Program-made: the position numbers and the translations under genes
In this document: in pieces, positions 46,595 to 58,170 of the stretch
Layout of the letters: every line of letters starts with the position of its first letter
How positions within the stretch are numbered: position 1 is the first letter of the stretch
DNA from: Pavona decussata
Taxonomy: Eukaryota
Assembly (NCBI GenBank): GCA_977016875.1
Contig: CDRNST010000054.1
Span: forward strand, 310,001 to 374,000
Length of the DNA: 64,000 nt
Direction of reading: 5' to 3'
The notes under the pieces: model-generated
The model's database searches: none
What the model was told of the DNA's origin: nothing
What the model saw: only the letters and a program-made list of their open reading frames with translations

Positions 46595-48150
46595 AGTTCA
46601 GTTCAGTTTATTCACACTTAGACATTTTGTTAAATTTACAAAGTGTAATAAAGAAAAAAGACGAGAATAAATGACTTTGGGGGGAAGTGTGCGGCGGTAA
46701 GAGCAGCAAGCAAACCACCGTATACATGAATTTAAATATTAAGGTGAAGTATTAATGCCATGGGTTAGCTGTGGAGAAATATTTCATGTGCGTTACTTAC
46801 TTTGAGAGCTTAGCAGGTTTTTTATATTGTTTCTTGAACTGGCAATAGCTGATCGTTTTTACGTCAGTAAGAATCTCCTGTTAAATTTTGGCAAGGGCAA
46901 ACTTCAATGTATGATTGCCATAATATGTTCTCACATTTGGTATGAAATTAAAATGTGCAGCAACGTGATCTGGTATTGTACAGGTGAATATCAAACACCT
47001 TTATAAGGTAGTTTCGAAATGCTTCGGGAATGTTTGTTTTATTTTGAGAGATTTTATGAGCAAATAGAGTGGCGACCCTACTTGAAAAGCAGGAACGGTG
47101 GAATAGCGGAAAATTCCGCCGTTGCGCCATTCCGGCTTTTAGGGTCGCCCCAAATAGAGACTTGTAAATTAAAATATTGTCTAAGGTCAACACATCTAAA
47201 AGTTTATAGTTAAGTGTAAAACTTTGTTTATTATGACAAAAGAAAATGAAACACAAATATTTATTCATGGGCTTTGTTTTAATATTGATCAATCGAATTG
47301 GATATGTATTAGCCCTCAGCTCATTATACCGATGGTGGAGATAGGAATATATAAGAATATTATAGAATATATAAGTGAGTAATATATTTGCTTTAGGGCG
47401 TTTAAAGGTAATAATGTCGATCGTCGTAGAATTCCTAAATTTTTATATACTTTGCTGTTAATGTGTTGAATATGGGGCACGCGGTTGAGGTTTTTGTTAA
47501 TGGAGACCCACAGAATTTTTTCTTTAAGGACGGTGCCTACTATTGTTACTGCGTAACGTTCTGCGCATCTCGAGATACTCGGGTTTCCTATGGGTGGTGC
47601 CTGCTAATACAGGGATATTTTCTCCGCGGTTTAAAACTATACGGAGAAAATGGAACTTAGCAAATGCTTTTGGTATCTCGAAAGAAAATTGGGGGTAACC
47701 ATGTATTTTTCAGAGATAATTAAGCTTCAATTTAGGAAAAAAATCCCATAGATTGCTTTACATTTTGGCGCTTTTTTGAGATATTATTGCTTAATTATCT
47801 CTAAGAAATGCTTGGTTACCCCCAATTTTCTTTTTGGATTTCAGTCGCCCTTGATGAGATTGGCTTTTCCCGCATAGTGATAAACCGCGCAAAAATACTT
47901 CGGTATTAGTAGGCACCGTCCTTAATATCATGTAAATCAAGGTCAATTAATTTGTGAGCTGAAGAAATTACCATGTAGTGGGTTTTGTTAAAGTTGACAG
48001 AAAGCTTATTAGCTGAGCAGTAACTAGGAAGATAGTGAATTCTTCAATTAGAGTTTTTTTAAGTTCTTGTGGAATATTACAAGAGTAGAAAAGTATTGTG
48101 TCATCGGCAAATGTTCTGATATTAGTTGTTTTTAAACAGCTAGGCATGTT
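46595..48150 (-). mobile_element. Old L2/CR1-group LINE 3' fragment
   Basis: FADDT remnant near 48100 (minus strand), HLYNTRS near 46980, and a (CTGAA)n tail at 46594-46608. Highly decayed. Confidence 0.6.
47528..47921. mobile_element. MITE with TTAA TSD (Kolobok-like) nested in the LINE fragment
   Basis: TTAA-GGACGGTGCCTACTA...TAGTAGGCACCGTCC-TTAA. Confidence 0.85.
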
Positions 48151-48337
48151 GGGAGGAGTAGAATCGACTTCTAAAAACTTCTCGCAACGATTGCGGCAAC
48201 AAATAAATTGCGAGACGTGTTCATTTCAAGTCACGTTACACTAAGCCACAATTCTTGCAGCCGAAAAATGGAGCGGTTTTAGGCATTTTCAACTGTTTTT
48301 TCGTCAGGAATAGGACAAAAGCAAAACAAAGGAGGCC

Positions 48338-49099
48338 CAGGGTTTTCAAAATGAAAAAATGTACCAGGAGGAAATGTGAAAGTAGGCTGAATACAATTGC
48401 ACCGCGTTAGCGGTGCCGTGCGGCGAAAGCCGCACTGGGGGAGGGTACCCCCTCCTGCTGGGGAAGGGGGGGGGGGGGGTGGTCACGGCAAATTTTTTAA
48501 TTTTGCATACCCAGAGATGCATTCTGTTGCATTTTCAGGGCAAAAGTGTTTGTTTGGAGGTCATTGTAAACTGAATTATAAAAAAGAGTTTTCTTCAAAA
48601 TATCACTCAGATAAATGCAGCAATGATTTTTATTCAGTCAATACATGGCTTGCTGAAATCTGAATTGAGTACTCACTAATTTTACTTCACTTAGACGTAT
48701 TATTTATATAAAATGTTGCAATTTTTTTTTTATATATATACTTTATTTACAACACGAACATTACTTACAAAATGTTACTTTACACAACTTACAGTGCTTA
48801 CACTACTTACAACACCGTACGCATTACATTTTTTTTTATACATAGAAAGAAGAAAAAAAAGTTACAATTACAATTATTTGGCGACTAATAACTTAAACTA
48901 AAGTGATTACTAACATAATTTACAATACTAACACTATAAACACAATGGTAACAGAAAAATATAAAAGGATTATATATAGATTAAGTATAAGTGTTTTTCT
49001 TTTTATTTAGAAGGATAAGTAAAGAGAACTGAACGGCCTAGACTGCGTGAAAAATTGTCAACGGAAATTCAAACTACGTGTATTACAAAAACAAAAATG

Positions 49100-49186
<87 letters not shown>

Positions 49187-50891
49187 CGTTACGCGGTGCA
49201 CATTATCGCCCATTTTTTATAAAATTCACTTAAAGTTCTATTTTTGGTACAAATATATTTTTCTGTTTCGAATTTAATTATTAATCCTTAACTTAAACCC
49301 AGCAATAATTGGACGAGTTTGTGATCTTCTGCAATCCCATATATATAGTTTGGCTATTAGTAGAAAGTAGTTCAGTAAAGGGCATTGTACGGCTATTATA
49401 CCTAATAGCACATCCTTTAGACTAAGACTGATCAATTCATTTGACAACGAGTAATAATAACATTCAAAATCCTTCCAGAAAAGTTTTGCATATACACAGT
49501 CAAAAAGAAGGTGGATAAGGGTTTCCGGTTTAGACTTACAAAAGGAGCATTTATCATCGGTAATATATCCTATTTTATATCACTTAGTGTTAGTATATAA
49601 TATGGAGTTAAGGACCTTGTACTGAAAGGCCTTAACATAGAATTCAGAGCATATGATGTGTGGTAAAAGAAATGCTTTTTCTAGCTGATCTTCAGTCAGA
49701 TTAAAATCCCGTTTTAAAGTTGAGGTATTTTTAGAAAGCTGTGCCTTTTTACTTATGAGCAATGAATAATAATCTTTTGATTTCTTCTTTAAAATATCAA
49801 AATCGTTATTCTTAATTATCACGGAGGGTGGCATTGTTAAAAAGGTGTGATCAGTTGTTCTAGAATTAACTTTTAACTGGGACGGTACAGCATGTCTGAG
49901 ACCTGCCCATACTAAGAAATTGTTTTTTTCAATCTTTCTTATAATGATACTATGCGACTCTGCAATACTTAAATCAAATCGAAGATCGGAAACCAGAAGA
50001 AAACCATTGTCGAAAAATGTTTTGTAAAGAATTGGCTTATTATTTATCCTAATGTCTTTATTATTCCAAATAATATTATACCGCATTTTATCTGTAGAAA
50101 AGTCGTCACGAAAATCGACCCACCATTGAAGCAGCTCGGAGTAAAAAGGTGATTTGATAAGAACGTCTTTTACATCATAGTTACAATGAAATAGAAAGAG
50201 GCCCCCGAAACTTTTAAGTTGATAACGCAAGTAATTCTTCCATGTGCTGTCGTTTTCGCTGAAGATTCTCTTTAGTCAGGCAAGTCTTAAAGATTTGACC
50301 ATCGTTTCTAGGTCAATCATTTTCAATCCACTTTTTTGGTAGTCATTTATTGTTGACAAACGTGTAACCTTGTCAACACCTCTCCATAGGAATTTAAATA
50401 TCAATCTGTTCAATTCTTGAACCGCCCACTTTGGAATTGTTAATAATGATGCCACGTAAACAAATTTTGGAACAATCAACGATTTGATAACAGTAATAAA
50501 ATGTTGCAATGCTTTTCATACAATTGATCAATCACTTGATCAGCATTTCTATCAATAATCATCACAATAACGTTACTCAGTCAGATAAAATGCAAAATGC
50601 TGCAAAGCTTTTCATTCAGTTGACAACAACAACCTCAAATAATTTCCGGTTCATGTTAAATGTCGTTGAAACAACCTAAAAACAACGCTGGATAGTAGTT
50701 AATGAACATGAAGAAGATGTATATAACTATCAATTATAACAATTAGAATTAAAATCTGGGCAAAATATCGACGTCCGTAATCAGCTACGTTATTGACATA
50801 AATTCACACTTTGGAGACAAAAAGTACCCGGCGCAAACGCTAAAAGTAGCCGGTGACTTGCGTCGGGCGTCGGGTGCTTTTGAAAACCCTG
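48338..50891. mobile_element. hAT-like non-autonomous element hosting an L1 fragment
   Basis: TIR CAGGGTTTTCAAAA / TTTTGAAAACCCTG; partial TSD (GGAGGC on both sides). Confidence 0.6.
48722..50495 (-). mobile_element. 5'-truncated L1/Tx1 LINE (ORF2 C-terminal half, decayed)
   Basis: IKSLIVPKFVY, FKFLWRGVDKVTR, IIWNNKDIRINNK and FQYKVL parallel ORF2 at 4733-8542. Poly(T) at 48722, (AAT)n at 49100-49183, TSD ATAAAATGTTGCAA at 48708-48721 and 50496-50509. Confidence 0.88.
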
Positions 50892-51277
50892 CTGGAGGCT
50901 TCAGTTTATAGTGGTTACGAATTGAGGGAACACACAACTAACTGCCTTCAAACGAGGTGCATAAAGTTGATCAAAGAGACGCCAATAAAATTATTATATG
51001 ACAGGATTTCAAGGCATCAAAGTCAACTAATTGACCATTTTACTCCATCGCTAAGCTCGCCTCGGCGCGTTGAAATCGATTTTCAAGCCAGTTAAACTGA
51101 AAGGAATGGGGTCGTTTTGCAGGATATCGTAGTCTAAATTCTACCGTATGTAATAATTTGCAAACTGCTTAGCGATGCATGAAATAGTAATCGGACCATG
51201 CAAGCCACTGGATGCAATGAAATGGCAAATGATTACGTTGTTTGACAAAATCTTCCTTCAAATAATCTTAAGTAAAA

Positions 51278-51560
51278 TAAACAAATAAATAAATAAATAA
51301 ATAAATAAAATAAATGGGAATTTCAGTGACACATCCACAGAGTGGCTTTTCGTCCACTGTTTCCAGGCTGAATTGGAATTTGAAAATGTTGGTTTTTGTG
51401 GAGGGAGGAAAACTGGAGTACCCGGAGAAAAACCCGCAAGGAGCAGGGACGAGAACCAACAACATATTCAACCCAGATATGGCGTCAACTCTGGTAATCG
51501 AATCCGGGCCACAATGATGGGCGGCAAGTGCTCTCACCACTGCGCCAACCCTGCTCCCCC
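51278..51560 (-). mobile_element. tRNA-derived SINE with conserved central domain and (TTTA)n tail
   Basis: Minus strand: GGGGAGCAGGGTTGGCGCAGTGGTGAGAGCAC (A box), GGATTCGATTACC (B box), TTCTCCGGGTACTCCAGTTTTCCTCCC (V/Meta-domain-like core), A/T-rich tail. Confidence 0.85.
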
Positions 51561-52860
51561 TATGACGCATCTATGACGCATTCATGCCTTCTTTTTCTTG
51601 GCGTTTTCTTGCTTCATAAACTCTCCATAAACTCTTTTCTTGAAAAATCCGTTAAAATGTTGTTGTGAATTGTTGAGAAATTACACACGGGCAGTTTGCC
51701 ACTTGGAAATTACGAGCAAAAGAAAATAGCTCACGGCAAAAGGGAAAGGGGACGTGGGGGCTTGGGTCGAGTTTTTGCTCGTAGTTCATCATGGGATATG
51801 GAAACCCATGACTAATAACACGAGCCCTGCTAATAATGGGTTTGACAGCTCTCACGTGCGTGTTTAAACCTTCATCAAAGTTTTGCCCTCTCGAGAACAT
51901 CTTTCAGGGAACACCCTTTCCTGTATGAAATGAGCGGTGTTCCCTTTTAAATTCCTGTTGGTGCTGGATTTTCTTCTATTAACATGGTTGATATTGAGTT
52001 ACGAAAGACAAGATTCGTTTGTTTTCTTTTTCTTTTTGTAGGAGAGCTCGTCCGCTGTCCTCAAAGTTAACTTCTGAGAGTGTTTTTTTAATGACGTTTT
52101 CTGGGTAGCCTATCTCGGTTATCTATCTAGGTTTGCTTTGAAGTTATTCATGTTCTCCTCGAATTGCCTTTTAGAGGAGTTTGTTCACAGCAGTCTAAAG
52201 ACCTCCCCTTTGGCAAATCCTCTTTTAACACCAGTAGGGTGACATGAAGAGAAGTGCGTGTATTGGAAAGTTTTTAGTGGGTTGAAGTGAGTCCGCACAC
52301 CAAGCACTGATTGAATTTGCCGCATGTTTTGTATTCAAAGGTCCGGCGGGGTCTGGGTTATGCGTTCTGTTTGTTAGACCTCTTGTTGTTTCTGTTTAGC
52401 GACTGTCGTTGTTATGCCCTTTGAGGCATTTGTTTCAAGTTTGGTTTGGCTCGTTTCAGTGCGTTTGGGGAAAGTACAGCTTCTCTTGTTACCTACTGTA
52501 AGGACAGGATTTGAGCCGTGCAATAATCTTTAACATGAAACAAAGACAGCAGGGAATATTCATACTAAGTGAATCAGTTATATTTTCACATAGGATCACT
52601 GTAATTACCCGTTATATCAAAGGAACAAATAATCTTTATCTTGCAGTTTTTGTATCACAAGTTTTTGTGGCAAGGGGTTGTGTTTCGTGTCACGGCTATT
52701 TGTCTTTTGATCCTTTCTTTAGCATTGTAGCTTCTTAGAGCTTCTTAGGGACCTATGCAATGCGTGAAATTGAGGGTTTAAGTCTGCTTTAGTAAAGGCT
52801 GTGTTTTTGTTATCGCTTCGCTCCGCTCTGTAACTGTGAGGTTCGTGCTGCAGGAGCTAA

Positions 52861-53059
52861 GTATTTTCTTTTGCCGCAAGCACTTTTCTTTTTACGTGGG
52901 CTAATTTCCTTTGCCGTGAACTATTTTCTTTTGCCGTGGGCTAATTTCTTTTGCCGCGAGGTAATTTATTTTGCCGTGGGCTAATTTCTTTTGCCGTGAG
53001 GTAATTTCTTTTGCCGTAGGCTAATTTTTTTTGCCGTGAGGTAATTTCTTTTGCCGTGA
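52861..53059. repeat. 20-bp minisatellite (STAATTTCTTTTGCCGTGRG)n, ~10 copies
   Basis: TTTGCCG recurs every 20 bp. Confidence 0.92.
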
Positions 53060-53188
53060 CAGTTGTGGGCCAAAGTCCCTCTTAATTCCTAAGTGGCAAA
53101 CTGCTCTTTGGAATGTCTCAATCAAGTGGTATACAGCAAATGATTGTTCTGTGTGCCCTGTTTTCGCAGGTTTGCTGAGTTCGTTGCT

Positions 53189-53887
53189 ATGCAGTCCAAA
53201 CAACAATTATTTCCATCCTTAGACTTCCAGAAAGAGGTTGATAGAGCCAAATGGTTCATGGAAGACCTTGAGAAGGGCGGTTGGAATGGTAGGTACAAAG
53301 TTCCCGGATTCAACTCATGGAGTAAAACATTCCCAGAAGAAGAGGTCCCAGACAAAATACTCTTCATGTTTCAAGATATGCCAATGTCTGCGGAGAAATT
53401 CGCTGAAATGATGCACCCTTCAAACATGGATTTGCGTACCAAATGGGATGAAGCTTTCAAAGACCTTGAAACTTTGGAAGTCACACCAGATGAGGGGCGC
53501 ATCGTATTCACGCGAGCTGAATTATCTTGGCCTCTAAGCGATCGAGATTTCGTTCTGTTTGTCTCGCCCACTAGAGAAGTCGATTGGTATGGCAAGAAAG
53601 CGTATGCAATGTTTGTGAAAAACGCCACTCACCCTTCCAAGCCGGAGGGTGGAGATAATCTTGTCAGAGCGACAAATGGCGGCAATTTCTACATTGCAAT
53701 TCCAGACGAGAAAGAACCACAAACAAAGTGTCAGGTGTTTGGATTAACAAACAACAACTACAACGGATGCCTTCCAAGTACTGGCATCGAGTGGCTGGTC
53801 TCCAGGGTTGTTCCAAGGGTGTTTCACAAGCTGAAAGAGAACGTGATCCAGGCCTATTACAAGTACTTCCAGAAGGATGAAAACTAA
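53189..53887 (+). CDS. START/SRPBCC lipid-binding domain protein, 232 aa
   Basis: RTKWDEAF..LE, IVFTRAELSWPLSDRDFV, HPSKP...LVRA and a C-terminal amphipathic helix. Splice acceptor TTTTCGCAG at 53169 precedes the ATG, so an upstream (probably non-coding) exon exists. Confidence 0.85.
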   Translation: MQSKQQLFPSLDFQKEVDRAKWFMEDLEKGGWNGRYKVPGFNSWSKTFPEEEVPDKILFMFQDMPMSAEKFAEMMHPSNMDLRTKWDEAFKDLETLEVTPDEGRIVFTRAELSWPLSDRDFVLFVSPTREVDWYGKKAYAMFVKNATHPSKPEGGDNLVRATNGGNFYIAIPDEKEPQTKCQVFGLTNNNYNGCLPSTGIEWLVSRVVPRVFHKLKENVIQAYYKYFQKDEN

Positions 53888-54169
53888 AACTGAAACGCAA
53901 TCATTTGTTCTCGACAAACGATTGGTCAGTATGTGTGTTTACTCTCTCGTTTGGTCAGTATGTGTGTTTACTCTCTACCGCGGAGAAATCGAGTTTTGAA
54001 ATTTTTACAGTTTATTAACTAGTAATAATCAGAGATTAGAGAGATGCGTTCGATCATTTGGGAAAAGAAAATTACATTAAGTGCCAGATATTTTTCACAT
54101 GTTTAATAAAATCGCAAAAAATGTTTTCAATCTATAACCCAGTGTTTATAATATAGTATATATTTGGTG

Positions 54170-55808
54170 GCTTGCTTGTCTGGACTGTGCATCCTTGCTG
54201 TGTGGACTGTTATCAGGTAAGATGCGTTGTTTACGTTTGAAGTTAGAGTTACAGGCATTTGGAATCTTGCGAAAGCATATCGATATGTTCATTTCCTTCG
54301 TTTCTAGCGGAAGTTGAGCTACACGTTAATCTGCGTTAATAGAGGAAAAGGAGCCAAAAGATAGATAATTATATAAGAAATAAAAAATAAATCACTAAAT
54401 AAATAGCTAAATATACTAAATGAAAGAATAAAATATAAAAATATATTTGCTACGCAAGCAGTACGCTACGCGAGATTATAATTATTTGATTGTTCTTGAA
54501 TCTTTTGAATGAAAACTTCGAAAAAAGCATTTTCTTTTTTAAAAACGCACAACATTTACGGTCGAATTCGGCAAGGAACCGGGAAAACATCAACGTGCCC
54601 GTTAAATTGCCATTGCCTTTGAGGAGACATTGAAAGCCTCCGCAAGACATCTTCGGCGTTGCGTTACAAATTTGCATAAATATTATTGAGATCATCTCAA
54701 AAGGCAATTTCCCGTTTTCTTCATTTTCTATCAACTGATTAGGATTGTAACCGTGTCTTCTACTGACAAATGACAGGATAACTCAGGTGGATAACTTGTT
54801 CACTAAACCCAGTTTTAACAGTGAAGGAAGCGAAACTAAAATATTGCGACTTTTCGGCCGCTGTTTCACAAGCTGAGAATGGAAACACGCGCCATCGAAT
54901 TTACCTCGCTAAACCAGTACGCCGCACATAATTATGCTTTAATCTTTTGAATCAAATCTTCGAAAAGAGCATTTCCTTGATTAAAAACGCACAATATTTT
55001 CGGTTGCAATCGGCAAGGAACCGAGAAAACGCTTCAAGAGCGAACACTTTCCAGCTCGAGCGTACACGTCCGCACATCGCTCCAACAATATTAAAAACGC
55101 AAAACAAAGTTGGCTGTCTCGTAGAGTTGTTCCCCGTAAAACGGAATCAAACTGTGGCCGTTTCACTACAAGAAACCAACGCTGACAAAACTGGGTACTT
55201 ATAATCAAATGACTCGATAAAGTGTCTGCCATTGCAACTGCACCTGTTCGTTTCACTCGCATTAGGAATGTTGCTTTTCTCGAAATAAATCATGGCCATT
55301 TGCCGAGCTACACAACTCGGCAACTTTTTGCTTTGGTGATCACAAATTATGGCCATTTGCCGATTTACAAAACTTGGTAGGTAAATTATTTGCCGAGCTA
55401 CACATCTCCGAAACTGAAACTACGCAACTTGTCTCTTGATTTAGTCAGCGCAAGCCGGGCAGCGTTGGTTTCTTGTAGTGAAACGGGTAAACAACACTAT
55501 GCCGAACTTATTCCTGTGTCTTCGCAGTCGTACACATTTCGTGAAGGCGTTGATAAATCTAAATCTAATCCGCAAGTCTTCTTTCAAACTTAAACTGCGA
55601 AACCATCCTAAGGAAGCACACCAAATGTGATGCAAGAACGTGAAACTCGACTCCCGCTGAAACGAAGGAACTGAACATCGATAAGCTTTCGCAATACTTT
55701 CGCAAGATTCCAAATGCCAGTAACTCTAACTTCAAACGTAAACAACGCAACTTATCTGATAACAGTCCACACAGCAAGGAAGCACAGTCCAGAATTTGAA
55801 AAGCAAGC
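54170..55808. repeat. ~160-bp inverted repeat pair (54170-54327 / 55637-55808) with an internal ~70-bp direct repeat (54516, 54958)
   Basis: TCTGGACTGTGCATCCTTGCTGTGTGGACTGTTATCAG...TTGGAATCTTGCGAAAG is mirrored at 55696-55792. Confidence 0.75.
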
Positions 55809-56740
55809 AGAAGATCGAACTCAAGAAGGAAGCACACCAACACGCGAGGCAATACGTGAAACTCGACTCCCGCGAGGACTCCCGCTAAAAACAAAGCACA
55901 TGGTTGATGGAAATGACGTCATTCGCCCCTGCATAATATCCTTCGGGGGGGCCAAACTGGTGTCGATGAATACGCAGTCGAAAAATCTCGATTTCGCCTG
56001 GATTAGGAATGCGTTCTTTGTCGAACGCAATTAAAGGAGTGTTCCGACCATTTAAGGGAAAATGTTAGCGATTTTCAGTGTGGAGCACATAGGTGTCAAC
56101 GGAAAGTTAAAATAATGGTCCAGTTTTGTACGCAATTTCTCTGTTAGTGCGCACAATCTTTGGCAACGGATGGCAAGATTGAAATTTAATTATGAAAAGT
56201 CAGCGAATTTTGGGTTAGCTCGTGTAGTTTGTTGTTAATCCATCAGAGTTACTCGTTGAAATCTTTTGTTGGGGGTTCCTGTTTGTTAATTGCAAACTGA
56301 GTGAGGAGCTGTTTCATTATCAATCAAATACCGCCAGCAATGCTCTGTATTCTGTAGCAAAAGTCAAGAGAAATTTCGTTTGATTAGACATCAGTGAACT
56401 ATGGTGTAGGGTCGAACGAAAAGGTTGTTTCATGTACAGTTTATTTTTGCCAGCTGCTGTTTGCTAATGGAAGTCTACGCTTGTCATATTTTCAGCTCGA
56501 TGTGACTCATTTTTATGATGTGTATAAAAATGGACAGTCTGTAATCGTCAGTGGATACGTACGTAGTGAAATAAAAGACAAAAATGGGGTGAAAATGTGT
56601 GTAATAACATTTGCAAGTTTCGATTTTTGGCAGTGGTTGCAGTAAAGTAGCCTCTCTTGCAGACGCTCTCAGTTAGGCGTGTTTTTGCTTTCTTTTACTG
56701 CATCTTTGTTTAAATACCCAATGGGCTTCAGGGTTGTCAT

Positions 56741-56794
56741 TAATCTCGTACCCCGATCTCAGTCGTCGGTTCGGGAGATCTGGGTACGAGATTA
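56741..56794. mobile_element. 54-bp MITE with 9-bp TSD inside the BEL ORF
   Basis: TAATCTCGTACCC...GGGTACGAGATTA; GGTTGTCAT at 56732-56740 and 56795-56803. Confidence 0.9.
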
Positions 56795-57124
56795 GGTTGT
56801 CATTACCGATCATGATCTCCACCTTTTGGTCTTCAAGCTTTGGAAACTCAATGCCGTGTAAATGAGACCATCCTAGAACATCTTCATCGGTTAATATGCT
56901 CCGTCTTGAAACTGGGAGACGGTCCACCACCCACACTTTGTTCAAATGTATACTGTCATCTGACTTGAGAGCCTTGACGTTTGATTCTACCTCAAAATCG
57001 CTTCTGGACCGGTCTTTCTTGTTTACGGTTGTAAGAGAGAACGTCATAGGTTTCCCTGACAAGCCTAGTGTTTCTACCAAACTATTGGAGCAGAGAGTGA
57101 TATCCGACCCATCATCCAGGAATT

Positions 57125-58170
57125 CATCATCAATTCCTTTCAGCATGGCCTTACGACTAACTTAGAAGAATTTGTTCCACGGACGAGTTCTTCAACAAAC
57201 GTTCCGACGCACTCGCGACACATTTAATCAAGAGAGGATATACACACCGTTTATTAAAGAAGAAATAGAGAAAGTTCGTCAAATTTCCCACAGCCAAGCC
57301 CTCGAAACATTTTTGAAAAATGAGTCTAACAGGATTCCATTTGTAGTAACATTTAATCCAGCCCTTCCTAACATACGTCGAATCATTTTCAGCAATTCAA
57401 ACATTCTTCGTTCTTCACAGTGATGCAAAGGAGCATTCCCTTCTCCTCCTCTCATATCGTTTCGCCGACGCAACAACCTACGTGAAATACTAGTCAAGGC
57501 CAAACACCGCAGACCACCCCCAAGACACCGGGAGCTGTCCGTTGTAACAGAAATAGGTGCAAAACGTGTCCCTTTGTTACGGAGGGAACCACATTTTACA
57601 CCTTTTTCTCTACAAACGGACACAGATCCATACGACATCACATCACGTGCTCATCTTCAAATCTCATATACATGATACAGTGCTCCAAATGCAAGGTACA
57701 ATACATAGGAGAGACTAAACGACATCTAAGCGACAGATTTGGCGAACACAGACGCGCAATCGAAAAAGCCATTAAACAATGTCACATTGATCAACCTACC
57801 GTTTCAGATCACTTCACTCTTCCTGGCCATTCAATCAACAACATAGAACTCATCCTCCTAGAACTCATTAACTCCAACAGAGACACCATTCGGAAAGCTA
57901 GGGAAGCATTTCTAATTTCCAAGGGCAAGACTCATGAACCCTATGGAATGAACAGACGCGATGAAACTTTATCTGTCTACTGTACATGTTTCAGCTTTCT
58001 TTGTTTATCAACCAATCACATCTCAACTTTTCATTTGTATTGTCTTTAAATATTGTAACCGTTTATTTCCAATTTTTACTTACCTTTTCTCAGCCCCTGT
58101 AGAAGGTTAGCATTGTCTAACCGAAATATTGGGCAATAAAATTATTTTAGTTGTCCGATCACCCTGTATT
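57125..58170 (+). mobile_element. Penelope-like element 3' fragment (RT thumb + GIY-YIG) inserted in the BEL element
   Basis: SIPFSMALRL..RRICST, RIPFVVTFNPALP, NLIYMIQCSKCKVQYIGETKRHLSDRFGEH, HF, RKAREAFLI, PYGMN. Confidence 0.88.
58093..58134 (+). ncRNA. Hammerhead ribozyme motif with a core substitution
   Basis: GCCC-CTGTAGA-A-GGTTAG(cattgt)CTAACC-GAAA-TATT-GGGC: stem I GCCC/GGGC, 6-bp stem II, core CUGUAGA instead of CUGANGA. Confidence 0.65.
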
